64,000 nucleotides of DNA from Octopus sinensis (GCF_006345805.1 NC_042999.1:47554001-47618000), one strand, 5' to 3'; positions 39,421 to 54,775 are shown, numbered from the stretch's first letter. The notes: generated by a model not told the origin, from the letters alone. Program-made: numbers and translations.

Positions 39421-42400
39421 AATTCCTTTCAAAATAGAAGTTTCTGTCTTAATCAAAAACAATTACTGTATGATAGTGAAAGACGATAGATTGCAGTGTT
39501 GTGGAATTTGGAGAACAGTGATTGATATACCATTGTTTCTTCCCAATCCTGGGATCGCCATTGTCACTGATTTAGAAAATATCTTGTTTAGGTCTATAAA
39601 AAGTATCCGTGAAGTATCAATAATGGGATGGTGTATATAACCGTTAGCATTATTTCCGTAAAATATTTACTGTGTGGGCTGTATAGGAAATTACTTTTTC
39701 TTTCTTTCTTATGAGACTTCACAAAATCTGTGGTTAGGTCAACGGATCAAATATCCTCCGGTGCTGCTTATTATGCATTATCTTTTCAGAAATATTTATG
39801 CCGGCCAAAATTATCAAATGTGTGTTCTTTAAGATTGAAGGATAGGGTTAAAGGTTATTTTAGTAACATATTTAAGAGACAGAGCGGACCCAAAGATACA
39901 CTCGTTGGATATTTGGTTTCGTTTATGCTGCTGGTTTGCTCAGGTTCAAACCTGAACAAGCAAATCTACAACCAAAGGCAATTCGTGCCATAAACATGCA
40001 GCTTCGCCAGACTTCCTTAACCAATGTGCTAGTTACTAAAGAGAAATGCTTGAGGGTAATGTTACTTGTAGTTCTAGCATAACGGGCTATTATTTTCTCT
40101 ATATGATGTTGGTGTTGATATTCTTAAGTATTGTAAAATTGTAATGAGTATCCTAATATATTGAATACAACTTCTAAATATATTGAACAGAATTTCTAAA
40201 TAGTGAATACATTACGTGTAATTATTACAAGTAGCATACTGAAACAGGGTATTCTTCGTTTTACACGTTTCATATCATCTCTTCCTCTCTCTCTCTCTCA
40301 CAAACACACATACCCACACACGTACACACAGACACACACATGTATGTACGTATCTTTGTATGCATTTAAATATATTAGTAACCTATATATATCCGCATAC
40401 ATTGCACTTCTACGTGAATGTCACCTCCATAATGGATTCTACGTTTGTTTCATTTAACGGTGAAAAATAATTTGTTAATGATATTTATTTTAATACTGTT
40501 AATCGGAAGTAAGATGTCACTGCGAATCATTTCAGCTACTCTGTGTCAACATGTTTATAATTTTCGTTTCAGATGAGGTGAATAGCAAATGTCAGGGAAA
40601 TTTGACCTTTATTCACAATGCGATGCATTATTGACGTAGTATGGTTTCTCTATTTCAATTGTATTGGAATCTTGTAAACACATTTGGTTTACTTGTGTGT
40701 TAGACAACCACTGAATACTCCCTCCTACGCCCTCCACTGTCCAGGGTCAATTACTGGTCTCGGATATTTACATTTTTTCTGGTAATGTACTTGAGATTGA
40801 AAACAAATAGACACAACGACTACCAACGTAGTCTATTCAATATCGACATTGGAAATATTGCTCCCCAATTGTTAGTATCTCTGAAAAGGAGTGGCTGAAT
40901 AACATAATATTCTTATCACTTTGGTAGTTTATTTGATAAACAATTCTAGTATTTTTATTTATTCAAGTTCACTTCACGATGCGGCATCATTTCTGGAGAT
41001 TTAGTTCATATGATATTCTACAGGAAACAGCACGTTTTAGTAATACTGGTTGAGATTTCGATTTAAAAATGTTTAGCCATTACAGTGAGAAGGCCGCTAT
41101 GTAATCTGCGAGAAATAACAGCTTCATATTCTTCAAACTACACCATATTTCATAATATATTGCTTTTCGTCAAATTCGCGCATATGATAGGAAGCTTATT
41201 CAGATTTAAGAAGGTTGCATCATTAGTTTGCTCAGAAGGAACTAATACAAAGTGAACTATATATTCGATATGAGGTATCATTATTTGCTTGTCGTACATA
41301 AATAAACTCGGTTAAGTGTAAAATCTAAGGTTATCACAAGCATAATCCTGATAATAACCAACAATGCTGTGGTCGTGGCTTACTTAAAAGCAGACGCTAT
41401 CTTCAGAATTCAAATACAGAGAAAATAATGCAAATTGATGTGTTGCACATTCCAAAGATCAACACGGATATCTCTAACTGGTTGAATTCCATGTACACTA
41501 TGAAATGTTAACTCATCAATGATTCAGTTTAAAATCAAAATAACAATGCAGCTATTAATAATCGTGCACAGCTGCAGCTGCGAACGGAAAATAATTTAAG
41601 TACGGAATATATAAATCTTACAAGTAATTATAATTTTAATAAATAAAGCAATCCTCACTGTATGGCTCACATATTTGTCAGGACTACTAAAACTCAAACG
41701 CTCAAAATACTAACATCTATATGGGAACAATCTCGGTTATATTACAGTCTTTACTAACACTATTGCAAAGATTCTCAACTTCACTACACTCTCACACTAT
41801 TTCACTGCCAGATTATAATAAATACTCGCTATATTTCTTTCTCTCAAGACCTCAATGCCTCTGTCAATTATCACAGTTATATTTTTAATTCGCAGTTTTA
41901 AAATCTATATTCAGGGCTTTGCATAACGCAGATAAAAACCATTAAAATCATCGAGGACGTTTTGGTAATTTTATGTGCAGTATAACCTCTACTTAAATCA
42001 ATAAATAGAACACGAATGTGTTGCTATTTCTATTAGGTATTCATACACATTGCGTGGAACTGGGAGTGACATATTATAGAAAACTGAAACATAATTATAA
42101 TTGTAATTATATTAGAATTATATAATTGTATTAATTATGTAATAATGTTTGATTATTCAAGTGGGTGGATCTTGCTACTGATTGAAGTATACTAGTGTGT
42201 GTAGTGTGCAGTTAGGAACTTACAACATTGCTTCATAAACACCATTCACAACGGCCATTTTTATTTCAGCAAATTGCGAAGATTCTTATAAATTTTTTCT
42301 TCGTTTTAAACTATTTTTATAAAAAGAAGTAAATTCTAATTGGATTCCAATAAATTTTTACTAAAATAGAAAACAGTGCAATGAAATACAAATGAATAAT

Positions 42401-43088
42401 ATTTTTGTCTTTTAGGTAGGAATGGCTGATTTTAGCATGATAAGAATTAATGAGTCTTAAGATATTTGATGATTGTATTGAAGATAACGCGAAAATAAAT
42501 TTTATGTGGCTTCACAATGTTTTTTGTTTTTATTTAGAATACAATTTAAACGTACAATAATTATTCGACATGAAGAAATATAATAATGATATTCATCTTC
42601 AATTAATCAATGGTATTTTTTAAAAATTCAATTTTTTAATCAAAACTAAGAGATAAGAATATATATTCTCTGCTACCATATAGATATATGTAACTATATG
42701 TTTGACAAAATATCTATAACCTTATCACTTTCGAAAGGTGCTCAATAATTACTGACATTGAAAGTAGTTTTATTTATGTATTGTAAACTTTGTATGATCA
42801 TTTGGTCATAAAGGAACAAGTCTATTGTGTTTCTAAGACATATTATCAAAATGTAGCATCGTTGTAGAAAGAAGTCGAAGTTATCAAACAGTAGGAGCCG
42901 GATTCATTTGTTTATCAGCCAAAATACCACGAAAAAGTAATTGGTGGTACGGGAAGAAATCAATAAAAATTCAGACTTTTTTGAGTTTAACATGTCAGAA
43001 CATGACCATTAAAGACTACTTAATCAGAAGATGAAGAGGGAGCTCTATGCGACAGTTTGACGTCCACTATGTGATAGTAAAATTCCCA

Positions 43089-43495
43089 GGCGCAGGAGTG
43101 GCTGTGTGGTAAGTAGCTTGCTAACCAACCTCATGGTTCCGGGTTCAGTCCCACTGCCTGGCATCTTGGGCAAGTGTCTTCTGCTATAGCCCCGAGCCGA
43201 CCAATGCCTTGTGAGTGGATTTGGTAGACGGAAACTGAAAGAAGCCTGTCGTATATATATATATATATATATGTTTGTGTGTCTGTGTTTGTCCCCCTAG
43301 CATTGCTTGACAACCGATGCTGGTGTGTTTACGTCCCCGTCAATTAGCGGTTCGGCAAAAAGAGACCGATAGAATAAGTACTGGGCTTACAAAGAATAAG
43401 TCCCGGGGTCGATTTGCTCGACTAAAGGCGGTGCTCCAGCATGGCCGCAGTCAAATGACTGAAACAAATAAAAGAGTAAAAGAGTAAAAAGAGTA
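43089..43495 (+). mobile_element. SINE family A, young copy
   Basis: Highly similar to 8366-8779 along its full length. Confidence 0.93.
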
Positions 43496-44758
43496 TACAC
43501 ATTACAGTCTTCAAAACGTATACATACATTTGATACCTCAACTGCAGTTGCACTAATTAAAATAAGCACGGAATAGCTACGGTTGTTTACTGCTTTATTA
43601 TGTGTACTTGAATAAATTCAGAACCCTTCCGAGTTTACATAACAATATATGTAGATAAATTAGATAATAGAATCGGATGGCGAATCTAAGCTGCACAAAG
43701 TGTATAAATGGACTGCAACGTAAACGAGAAAAATATGATTCTGTGTACATCAAGTAAATTATCAGCAGTTTATTGTTTTCCTTATACAATAAAGACCATG
43801 TATTTCGTATTATTAGCTAAGCAGGCACATGAAACGAATACGTTGGCAGAGTATCGCTCTCAAAATGATGACATTTCCACATAAACTGAAGTACTATAAT
43901 ATACCAGCTAACTATTGAAACTCAATAAGTTGCTTCCCGCCGCCCCACGACCACCAGATTATCTAACTTACATCGGTACACATAAACACACATATTTACA
44001 CGTAAGGATAATGAACTGTAATGGACATTGTATGAAAAAGTAACATTTTAAGCCTGCTTCGTCATCGTGTGTGACTCGTCGATATTTCTAAGAAAATGGA
44101 AACGGCTTTGAAAACAACCTTTTACTTTCTCAATGCTAAATATAACATACTGAGTTCTAAATGAATGAATAAATGCGATACCTTGTAAAAATATATTAAT
44201 GACAAATACACAACCAATGACACATACACGTGCATACATACATATGTAAACATTATGGCAGGATTTTTTGGGGGGGAATTTGCTTCGTGACCACGAGGAC
44301 CCAGCTCCGATGCCACAGAGGACCACTTTAAGTAAAGTGAGATCAACCTGACAGAAACTGAACAAGAAAGATAGTTAGGTGGATTTTATCCATAAATCTA
44401 AAAGTAACGCTTTGGCTGAAATGCTGTGCCATATCAAATTCCTATTAAGATATTTGCCTGTGGAAACCTCATCAGCATCCACGTTAATCCACATACATTT
44501 AATTCAATGTGTAAGTCAACTGAATCGTCAAAATCAAAGTACATCTCACATTGCCCTGCGATCAGGCCGACACCTGCTGTGCATCAATTCAGAAAACGTT
44601 GATTTTATGGTGAGAGTGGGAGAGAGCGAATGACTATGAACAAAATATTTGAGTAGGTGGTTCAGCAAAAACTGAACGCTCATACGTTGTGATCGAGGGG
44701 AGAGTCCGCCATATACTGGTAAGTAGAGAGACAGATAAATAGAATAGAATAGAAAAGA

Positions 44759-44833
<75 letters not shown>

Positions 44834-44838
44834 ATAAT

Positions 44839-44953
44839 AAATATTAGGGAATAAATCCAAATTTACAGGGAAAAAATCAGATTTAGGATTGAATCCATTT
44901 TATAGTAAAATATTATATAATATTAATTAGAGACAAAACCACTATTTTGCAAA
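44839..44953 (-). repeat. 3' tail fragment of the 16.2-kb hammerhead element, next to (TA)n
   Basis: Reverse complement of ~16285-16397. Confidence 0.85.
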
Positions 44954-45629
44954 TCAATTCCGAAATATTTGGAATAAAATAAAGAGGAATATGTTAAGTT
45001 ATCTCGTTGATATTCACATATTTTGATAATTACGTTAATTGACAACAGTGAAACACAAACATGTATATCAAATTATCCCTATACATATAAGCATTTATGA
45101 ATGCCTGTGTGTACACACGCGTGTGTGGATACAATTCAGTATATTAATGTACAAATACTAAATCAGTTTACCTAACATTTTCTTTATAATGTTGGTCTGC
45201 AGATTAAGTCTAGTAATGCATTATTTCATTAGCTATGTCGGCTGAATCTTATAGTTGAATGGCAAATGCAAAAACATATATTCCACGAGTTTCAGGTTTT
45301 GCCGAAAGGCGGCCAGATTTAAAGAAACTAACGAAAATACTTGTAGCTGAAGATCTCTAGTTTTTATGCTGTGTGTATTTCGGGAAGCTCGCCGCACCGA
45401 CTTATAAACAAAAATTTTCTGCGTACTAGCATTTGTTCACTTTGTCTGTTTTGGAATACAGTGTCCATTGTTACATCTTGGGAAGTAATTTGGTATAATA
45501 CAGCAAGGCGAGAACATATCGTGAAAAGAATTTATTTTTCAAGCCTACAATTTATACATCTTTAGCATCGAGCTCCTTGACTGATGCAGGAAATCGGTGG
45601 ACTTACTTTTAAAACCTACACTTTATTCA

Positions 45630-45890
45630 TCATCGTCAACGTCAAGATCCGTTTACTGATGCAGCAAGTCGGATGGGAGATATTCTAGATGCTTTCTAGT
45701 CAGTCACCGTCTATGGTATCCGTTCCCTGTTATGCGTTGCATATTCGCTCCGTTGTGACCTGTCTCGTCTCTGATGTTGTGGAACAAGTATTTTCTCTGC
45801 CTGACTCTCCTTTGGCCACATTCAACTGTGCTCTGAAGAATAGTTTTGGACGAGGAGTTGCAGCGATATGCTTGACTGTACAAGGCAATC
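45630..45890 (-). mobile_element. RTE-like LINE extreme 3' fragment
   Basis: Minus frame SSSKTILQSTVECGQRRVRQRKYLFHNIRDETG resembles AKTILQGTVEGGRRRGRQRKRWxDNIKEWTG. Confidence 0.7.
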
Positions 45891-46484
45891 TTATATATAT
45901 ATATATATATATATATATAGGTATGTTACACATCCTGAGTTCTGTGGTGTGAACAATCATCGAATATATCGATAGGTTAATGTAAATGACTTTAACTAAC
46001 GACGGAAATATACAGCAGTCGTTTTACCGGTGTTGATGTTCCATAGACAAATAGGAATAATATAATTCAAAAATGCACATGCACATAACTACTATACATA
46101 ATATCATGCTTTGATGATGATAATATGTCAGTACCTGTGAGGAGAAAGCTTGCCATATGAATGTTTAGCATTTCACAAATGAGATTAATTATGGAAATAC
46201 ATATTCCGTAGATACCTATAGTCGACGTTTACGATCGCTTTTGAGAATGTAATTAGTTATTGAGAATAACGAATACATCCTTATCCAAGTCATATTTCAT
46301 ATATTTAATTTCTAATTTATGTTAATGTTTCTCTAATTGTTTTGTTATACTGCGATTACTAGTTTATATAATGCGAAAAATATTCAATATCGGTGGGGAA
46401 TAAGCATAGAAATGTCAGACGTTTTAAATTCATATATATACGAACCCAGCATTTATTTCATCTATCTATCTATCTGTCTATCTG

Positions 46485-46547
<63 letters not shown>

Positions 46548-46586
46548 CTCTATCTATCTATTTATCTATATATCTATCTATCTATC

Positions 46587-46649
<63 letters not shown>

Positions 46650-46802
46650 GTCTATCTCTATCTCTCTCTTTATATATATATATATATAATATATATATAT
46701 ATAATATATATATATGCGTGGTTCTGTGGTTAGCAGCTTGCTGCCCAAGCATATGACTTCGGGTTTAGAAGTCTTCTAATATATCCTTATATATATATAT
46801 AT

Positions 46803-47477
46803 ATAACAATAATAAATCTCTGAGCGAGGTATAAACAGTAACTGCTCTATAATATAAGCGGGATCAGCCATCTGAATGTGGCTAGGGACAGGGCTGGGTG
46901 GTGGTGGTGTTACTGATGCATTTAGCCCCAGGCGACTATCGATGTCACCAGAAGAGCCGACACCCGGTGAGGCTGATCTCCCTTTGCAGGCTAGCAAGGA
47001 CACCGTGATGGTGTCGGCTCTTCTGGTGACGTCGATAGTCGCCTGGGGCTAAATGCATCAGTAACACCCCCACCACCCCGCCCTGTCCCTAGCCACATTC
47101 AGATGGCTGATCCCGCTTATATTATAGAGCAGTTACTGTTTATACCTCGCTCAGAGATTTATTATTGTTATCGAACGGATTTTCTACGCCAGTGACTGTG
47201 GTTACTGTGAAAATCTATATATATCTGGCCTGTACAGGAAGTCCCTCGGCGAAGAACGGTGCTTGTCATACGCTGACAAGAGGCAAATACCTCGAAACCA
47301 GTCCGTGTGTAGCATCCGTATCTTCGGTGAGGCTGATCTCCCTTTGCAGGCTAGCAAGGACACCGTGATGGTGCCGGCTCTTCTGGTGACGTCGATAGTC
47401 GCCTGGGGCTAAATGCATCAGTAACACCCCCACCACCCCGCCCTGTCCCTAGCCACATTCAGATGGCTGATCCCGCT

Positions 47478-47486
<9 letters not shown>
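46803..47486 (+). mobile_element. Retrozyme-like cassette: 360-nt unit, 1.45 tandem copies, with 162-bp 5' inversion, in (TA)n
   Basis: Direct repeat 46965-47126 / 47325-47486; inverted repeat 46803-46964 / 47010-47171; GC-richer than flanks; no credible ORF. Confidence 0.75.
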
Positions 47487-47563
<77 letters not shown>

Positions 47564-48654
47564 GTTGTGTTTGTGTATACTTCCTTCGTATTTCACTTTC
47601 GTTTTCTAATATGTGTATCACTTCCGCATGTTAGCGTGTCGGTTAATTTTCATTTGAATATTGTTTGCTAAAACGTATGTTGTTCTGTTGCATGTAAGCA
47701 GAATACGGATGCTTCTTTTGTTTCTTAAATCTACTTGCAATGATTCTATAATTTTGTGCTATGCTACAGGCGATTTTCCTTATAAAATTTCTGTTAATGT
47801 TCTTGCATACTAATTCATCAACTACTCTTTAAGTATTTGAATATGGATTCATGCATTTTTTATAAGATTATATGCTGTTTTGAATGAGGATATTATATAT
47901 TTGTTTTAATGTATATCACTGGTCTTTACTTTTATTTTAAGTTTTACTACACGTTTCTATCGCTGTGAAAAATTTATTTTCCTTCTTTCATTCTTATTCT
48001 TTCCTATGTATTTCAATAATTTTCACCGCTAGTAACGCTGGCCCGCTCTATAATTTTTCATGAGATTCTTTTTATTTTCCTTCTTCGATCATTTATAACT
48101 GATTCAGTTGTGTCGATTATTCTATAATTTGGTAACTCGCGTTGCCAGGATAAACAAAATGAGTGCCAAGATAAACGGGGCGAAACAAACGATATGGTAT
48201 TCCCACACATGCAAACGAAACAAATGTTCGTGCCCGGGAAATCTTTGACTATAAGTCCGGTCGGACAGGGTTCTTCCAAATCTACACAGCAGAAAAAAAA
48301 AAGCGAGATCTGCAGCTACAAATATACGACGAAAAACATCTTTCAGTAGGAGGAAATACAAGCAATTACGTCACCACCAGCTTTGCTAGAAAACGAAACG
48401 TTGGAAAGAATCTCCTTTATATACACGCGTTGTTCATCCTACGAAAATCATAGTGTAGCTATTAAGTCGGAAAGGTAGAAACAATAAGTTTTCAGAGTTA
48501 CATTCATCGTAGCAAATTTTGTTATATAAAACGTAATCAAGAAAATGAAATGACATCTCCAAACTAACCTTCGAATATGTCGTAGGGTTAATGATCAAAG
48601 TTCGTAGAATAATAATTTATTCTCCTCTCTCAGATACTGTTATGAAGGTGAGCA

Positions 48655-48719
<65 letters not shown>

Positions 48720-49513
48720 ATATATATATACATTCATACGCTTACACACTCACATATAGAATGTGTATATGTGTATCTATATGTGTATTTATATATGTGT
48801 GTGTCGTCGCGCATTTATTTATATTTATATTTATATTATATTCATATTTTATATTCCTATTGCGATAAAATTTGTAGAGGCCATGTAAATTTCAGGTCCT
48901 CCTTGAGCAGTGAGGTTGAAGATTTTACTGTTGCATCCGAGACATTATAAATCAAAATCCATTTGGGAGATATCAAAAATAAATAAATTCCGGAATACCG
49001 AGGTTCTGGAGAAGAATATTAAGAGTAAGAATATCAAGTGTAAGAATATTAAGAGGAAAGATAGAAAGCAGATTGCCTTATTACCGTTGGCAACACTGAA
49101 TCAGCTCAGCACAGTGGCGGTGTATAAATGAAAACACAGGAATTAACACTTGTATGTAAGAAGCTCCATCTTGTCTTTAAAAGACATTATAGTTATCACT
49201 CACTTTTTTGGGGCTCTGATGGGAACGGCCTATCATTCGGTGCTGATCTCAACTCGTTAAAGACGCCTTTTCTCCCAAATAGATAGCTGTATATATTGAA
49301 GCCGGTGATTTTCACGTCTCTGATGCTTTCTCAATATGTACACAACTATCTATCCATCCACCCATCCTTCAAGCTACACACACACACACACACACACACA
49401 GATCACACAAATATGTATATATATATATATATACTCACACACATACACACAAATATATCTATACATATATGTATGTATTTTAGCACGCATGCACGTATGT
49501 GTGTGTATACATG

Positions 49514-49614
<101 letters not shown>

Positions 49615-49662
49615 GTGTGTGTATTTTGGTATGCATGCACGTATGTTTATATATGTAAATAT

Positions 49663-49705
<43 letters not shown>

Positions 49706-49790
49706 GATATAGCCTGATAATTATACATTTAGATATATAGATGAATACACACACACACATACACACACACACACGCTCATATCTTTATAT

Positions 49791-50945
49791 ACAGGGTGTC
49801 TCAAAAATTGTACACACAATTTAGCAGCTGATAACTCAATTAATGTTTTGCTTTCTTTCCTGATGAAACCAATTGTAATTAATGATGGCCTTCCGAATAA
49901 AGGATATTAATTCTCAATTGCTACTGGAAGTGTGAAAATGCAGTTGAAGTGCAAAGACAGTTTAGGAAGGAGTTTCAAACAGATCCACCAATGCAATTCA
50001 CCATCACTCGAATTAGAGATAAGTTTGAAACCGATGGAACTGTTCAGATGACCACGAACATCAGCAATGCCAACAAAACAAGGAGTACTGGAAACGAATC
50101 ACCAAAAGTCCAACAAAATCTGTGCATCAAGCGAGGTAGGAGGTGGGTATTCCAAAATCGTCTGTCCAACGCATTTTGATGAATTATCAATGGAAAAGTT
50201 ACGTTTCATGATTAGCCCATGCTATTAATCATGATGATCCAGACCGAAGAGTACAGCATTGCGAGTGGTACTTGGTGCGATGTGTAGAAGAGTCACTCTT
50301 TCCAACAAAGATTGTGTGGAGTGATGAGGCCACATTCAAATTAAGTGTTTCAATTAACCGCCACAATTGCACCTAGTGGGAACCTGAGTATCCGCAAGTT
50401 ATGGTGAAACAACATATTAATTTAGCATAAGTTGCAGTGTGGTGTGGCTTATAATCAAGAGGATTAATGGACCATTCATGTTTGACGCTATTGTGAATGG
50501 TCCCGTTTATTTGAACTTGCTGCAACAGTGTGCCATGCCAAGCATTAGAGAAGACTTTGAAGATGAGGAATTTTATTTTCAGCAAGATGTGCAACCACAC
50601 TACCATCGCGATGTTAGATCCTTCCTTGATGAGATCTTGCCAAACAGGTGAATTGGACGAAGGTGGTTCATTGAATACCCTCCACGTTCACCATATCTCA
50701 CACCGCTAGACATTTTTGTTGGAGATACCTAAGAGAAACCTGCAACAGTCGCTGATTTGAGAGCCGTCATTCAACAAGAATGCACACAAATATCAAACAA
50801 ATTGTTTCATGATATTTGCGACTCCATTTCTTCGCATTGTCAGCAGTACCTGGACCAGGATGGACGTCAGTTTGAAAACAGGCATTGACAAAACAATTAA
50901 ATAATGTCTGAAAATTCTATTAAATTGTGAAAATAAAATGTACTT
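49791..50945 (+). mobile_element. Tc1/mariner DD41D (rosa/Visitor-like) transposon relic
   Basis: TA|cagggtgtctcaaaa left end. Peptides [51 protein letters not shown] and YPPRSPYLTPLD, with about 40-41 aa D-D spacing. Confidence 0.85.
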
Positions 50946-51041
50946 TAATATATATATATATATATATACAGGGTGTTAAGCAGTGTGTCCCCGAAAAACA
51001 TGTACACACTTCAAATAATTGTAAGGTAGGTGTTTATGAAA

Positions 51042-51076
<35 letters not shown>

Positions 51077-51254
51077 CACATATATACATATATATTATAT
51101 ATATTATATATATATATATATATATGTAAAAAAAATACAAACTGGGACAAGAACGCAAAATATTTAGAAGACGATACAAAAACACGGACGGGACAATCGA
51201 AGCCTTCAATATATACCTATATATGCATACACACACACACACACACACACACAC

Positions 51255-51333
<79 letters not shown>

Positions 51334-51959
51334 TATAAATATATATATATCTGTACATATGTGTATATATATATAGCTATCTATCGATCTATTTATATAC
51401 ATTTTTGTGTGTGTATTGTATGTTTGTGTTTATTCCATGAGAGAAAACAACGGCGATGAAGTTCCAACCCGTTTATGAAACTGTTTTAATTCGTTTATAT
51501 ATTTACGATTTCTGGTAATAATATTAATGTAAACATTGTGATCCTGTCTACTGGAAGTTACGTAAAACCAAGAAAACCTATATCAGTTGTTTGTTTTAAA
51601 TAATTCTCATGTTGAGTTGTATGCGTTTGTTTTGAAGTAGATCAGCGAAAACATCTAATTATACTGAATTAGTTGATGCGCTATTGTAGTATTCACTAAC
51701 TTTTACCGTGTTATTGATTCTTACCGATAAAATATACTATATCATAGCCACGTAAATGCAGAACACATTTTAAACGAATTTCCTTAGATGAAAGATAAAT
51801 GGTAAATGGCGTTCATTGAACGTTGGCATCAAAGCATTTACCATGTTAACTAAATGTATAAGTGCCTTTTCAGATGTAAATTAGATGTTAGATGAGTCTA
51901 TGTTTAGTATTACCATTTCAGACAATGTTAATTCGATTAAGAAATATATTTATCAATCA

Positions 51960-52176
<217 letters not shown>

Positions 52177-52528
52177 CATGCACACATACATTCTTTTGTT
52201 ATATCGTTTTCCTGGTTTTATAAATTCTATTGCGATCACGCTGGGTCATGCTATTTCCCCGTTGAGGAAAGTGTTACTTGATTATATCGACCCCAGTCAG
52301 CTAGCAACCACATCGATCGTAGAAAAGAGTTAGAAATAACTAGAGATAGGAGTTAGAGGATTACAATTTGTTTCTAAATTCTTTTTACTAAAAGAAAACT
52401 ATCTTCTAATTTCTCACATTTTATCTACAAAAGTATAAGTTAAATAGTACATATATGAGTGTGTATGGGTGTTATGTCTGTATTCGAGAGTTTGTTTCTG
52501 TATATTCATAATTACATATCTACACACG

Positions 52529-52600
52529 CACGCACACACGTACATGTACGCCCACGCACACACGTACATGTACGCCCACGCACACACGTACATGTACGCC
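52529..52600. repeat. 24-bp minisatellite x3
   Basis: cacgcacacacgtacatgtacgcc repeated three times. Confidence 0.9.
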
Positions 52601-53277
52601 TGCGCACGTATTTCTTGCACGTACTTCTTGCAAGCATAATGTGCAACTTAGAGTTACATTACACAAAATTTCAGATTTAAATTTCGAATAGACAACTTGC
52701 TTTTGTCTTTCAATGGCCTTAAAGGAATAATTCAGCTAAAAACCGTCTCTGTAACCGTTCACAGTTTTCTTTTAAATTATCGGGACAGTAATTGTGTTTC
52801 CAGGGGCAATTCCTAGATTCTCTCCTCTCGAAAGTGTGAAGATTTAAGACAAGATCTAAAATTTATGGAAAATTGCAAAACATTAAGTTTTAGAATTGTA
52901 CAGCAAGCTAATGAATTGAAATATTTTCACGTTACATGTATCATTCTGACAACCTGTTTTATTTAAAAACACCAACGGTGCTTTTAAATAAAGCAAATCC
53001 ATCACAATCATACAAAAACAGCTGGAGTGCATTTCACACGTTCTGGAATATCTTAATTTGGTTGTATCAGTAATGTTGCTTGCGTCGTTTGAAATGTGTT
53101 TTAAGATATCAATAAAGACCGGTTTTTCTAAAGCTCAGATAGCAAGATGTGTGTCTGATATTTAATTAAGAATGCAGCGATTTTATCCTTGTCAATGATA
53201 CGTTGATAACTTCCATATACCCCACCTGAATATTCATAAATACACTTTATTCACCCATCTGCAACTCATGACGTTAA

Positions 53278-53313
<36 letters not shown>

Positions 53314-53439
53314 TCTTTCCTATACAATCTAGCTCTTTTCAGGTTAGCAATTAATCCACGTTATATGCGGTTAAGGTGAACTTCGTATAATACATATAAA
53401 AAAATTCGTAATCCTTTGGTTAGTGTAGGGGTGAGGGTA

Positions 53440-54736
53440 TTTATATCATGAAACAATTTATTTTCAGAAAAGTAACTTCTCAACGATGAGCAAAATCCTA
53501 TGAAATTTGTCTACAATAACAAGGTCAACCAAAAGCGTGGCACTACCCAGGGAAAGACAGATAGCTGCAGAAAAGGGAATCCTGCCAACAAACGGACTGT
53601 GTACTACACAAGTCAAATCGTCACAAAGTGATGACAAGAGGTATGCACGACTGACCAGGAAAAGGATCTCCATGGCAGAACAGCGAGCAGTTGCAACGGG
53701 TTAGTGAAGCAACTTCTATGAAGCAGCTTTCAATTATGATCCAGCACTTCATTATGCAGATGGCACTAGTTTCCATTGGTGCAATGACAACTAAGCGCAT
53801 ACATTGTAAAGCAAAGAAGTAGTCTAGAGAGACACCCGCACTGTGCTGCACTGGTGGAATGGTTAAGCCGCCTGCAATCCACCAACCTCCAGAGATATTG
53901 GAGAAGCTGTTACCATCAACTGACCAAGTTTCCAAGCACTTCCAAAACAAAATTAGTAAGTACAATGCTGCACTACAGATGACATCATTTGGAACCACAA
54001 CAGATATAACTGAGCCAGGATTCATGCAAACTTTCAGGGTCAAAGGTCAGATTTATCATCAGTTTGGCTCTCTAGAATCTCTGTCAAATGAATTATAAAA
54101 ATTCCTTGAAATATATTTTATGGATGATTCTCAACAAGAAGGGAAAGAAAACATTGCCAGCATCAAGATGAACATTATAGTGTCTCTACAGAAGATTTTG
54201 CATAACACAACCTGATCAGAAGCTTCAAAACTGCATTTGAAAAAATTCCACCTGGCTCCCTGGATCGGACAAAAACACTTACACGCATAGTAAGTCCATG
54301 TCATATACAGAAGTGTAGAACCATTCAGTGTTAAGGTGTTACTATTGCACTTTCCGTTTTCGACTGACATGCGTCAATGCATATCTGTGTGTATAAATAT
54401 GCAACACTAACGTGATATAGTCATTCTCTTTGTGTGTGTGTGTGTATGCGTGTGTGTGCGCGTACGAGCGCGTGTGCACTCTATGCACGGCCTTTCATTG
54501 TTCATAATCTGTACCTGCATTTTGGTTACAAAATAAGTTAGACAAAAGTGCATTTACTTTATATACATATATGAGTTGAAAACTTTCTTTTCGCATTTCA
54601 CTTAATGCATGGGTTGCAGAGTTACGTAGAAAGTTGGTGTCTCAGCTACTAGTAGTTGAGATCTGCGTAATCTACAGGGCGTATTTAAATTTTGTTATTT
54701 TCTTTTAAGCCGGGCAACAACGGGTATTTCTGCTAG
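53440..54736 (+). mobile_element. Helitron deletion derivative: RepHel N-terminal fragment and 3' terminus
   Basis: FNYDP..IGAM..HCKAKK..ETPALCCTGGMVKPP..PPE.L..L..SKHF...I.KYNAALQMTSFG..F..TFRVKGQIYHQFGSL. 3' end has a ccg-ggcaacaa-cgg hairpin followed by CTAG|T. Confidence 0.85.
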
Positions 54737-54742
54737 TGTGTG

Positions 54743-54775
<33 letters not shown>

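Noticed and set aside
47058-47112. Twister-like words (taacac..gcc..gtccc.agc)
   Set aside because: The 3' pseudoknot partner strand is missing; a simple hairpin explains the segment.
48025-48600. Possible Helitron end (ctagtaacgctggcccgc)
   Set aside because: No clear hairpin, wrong flanking base and no matching 5' end.
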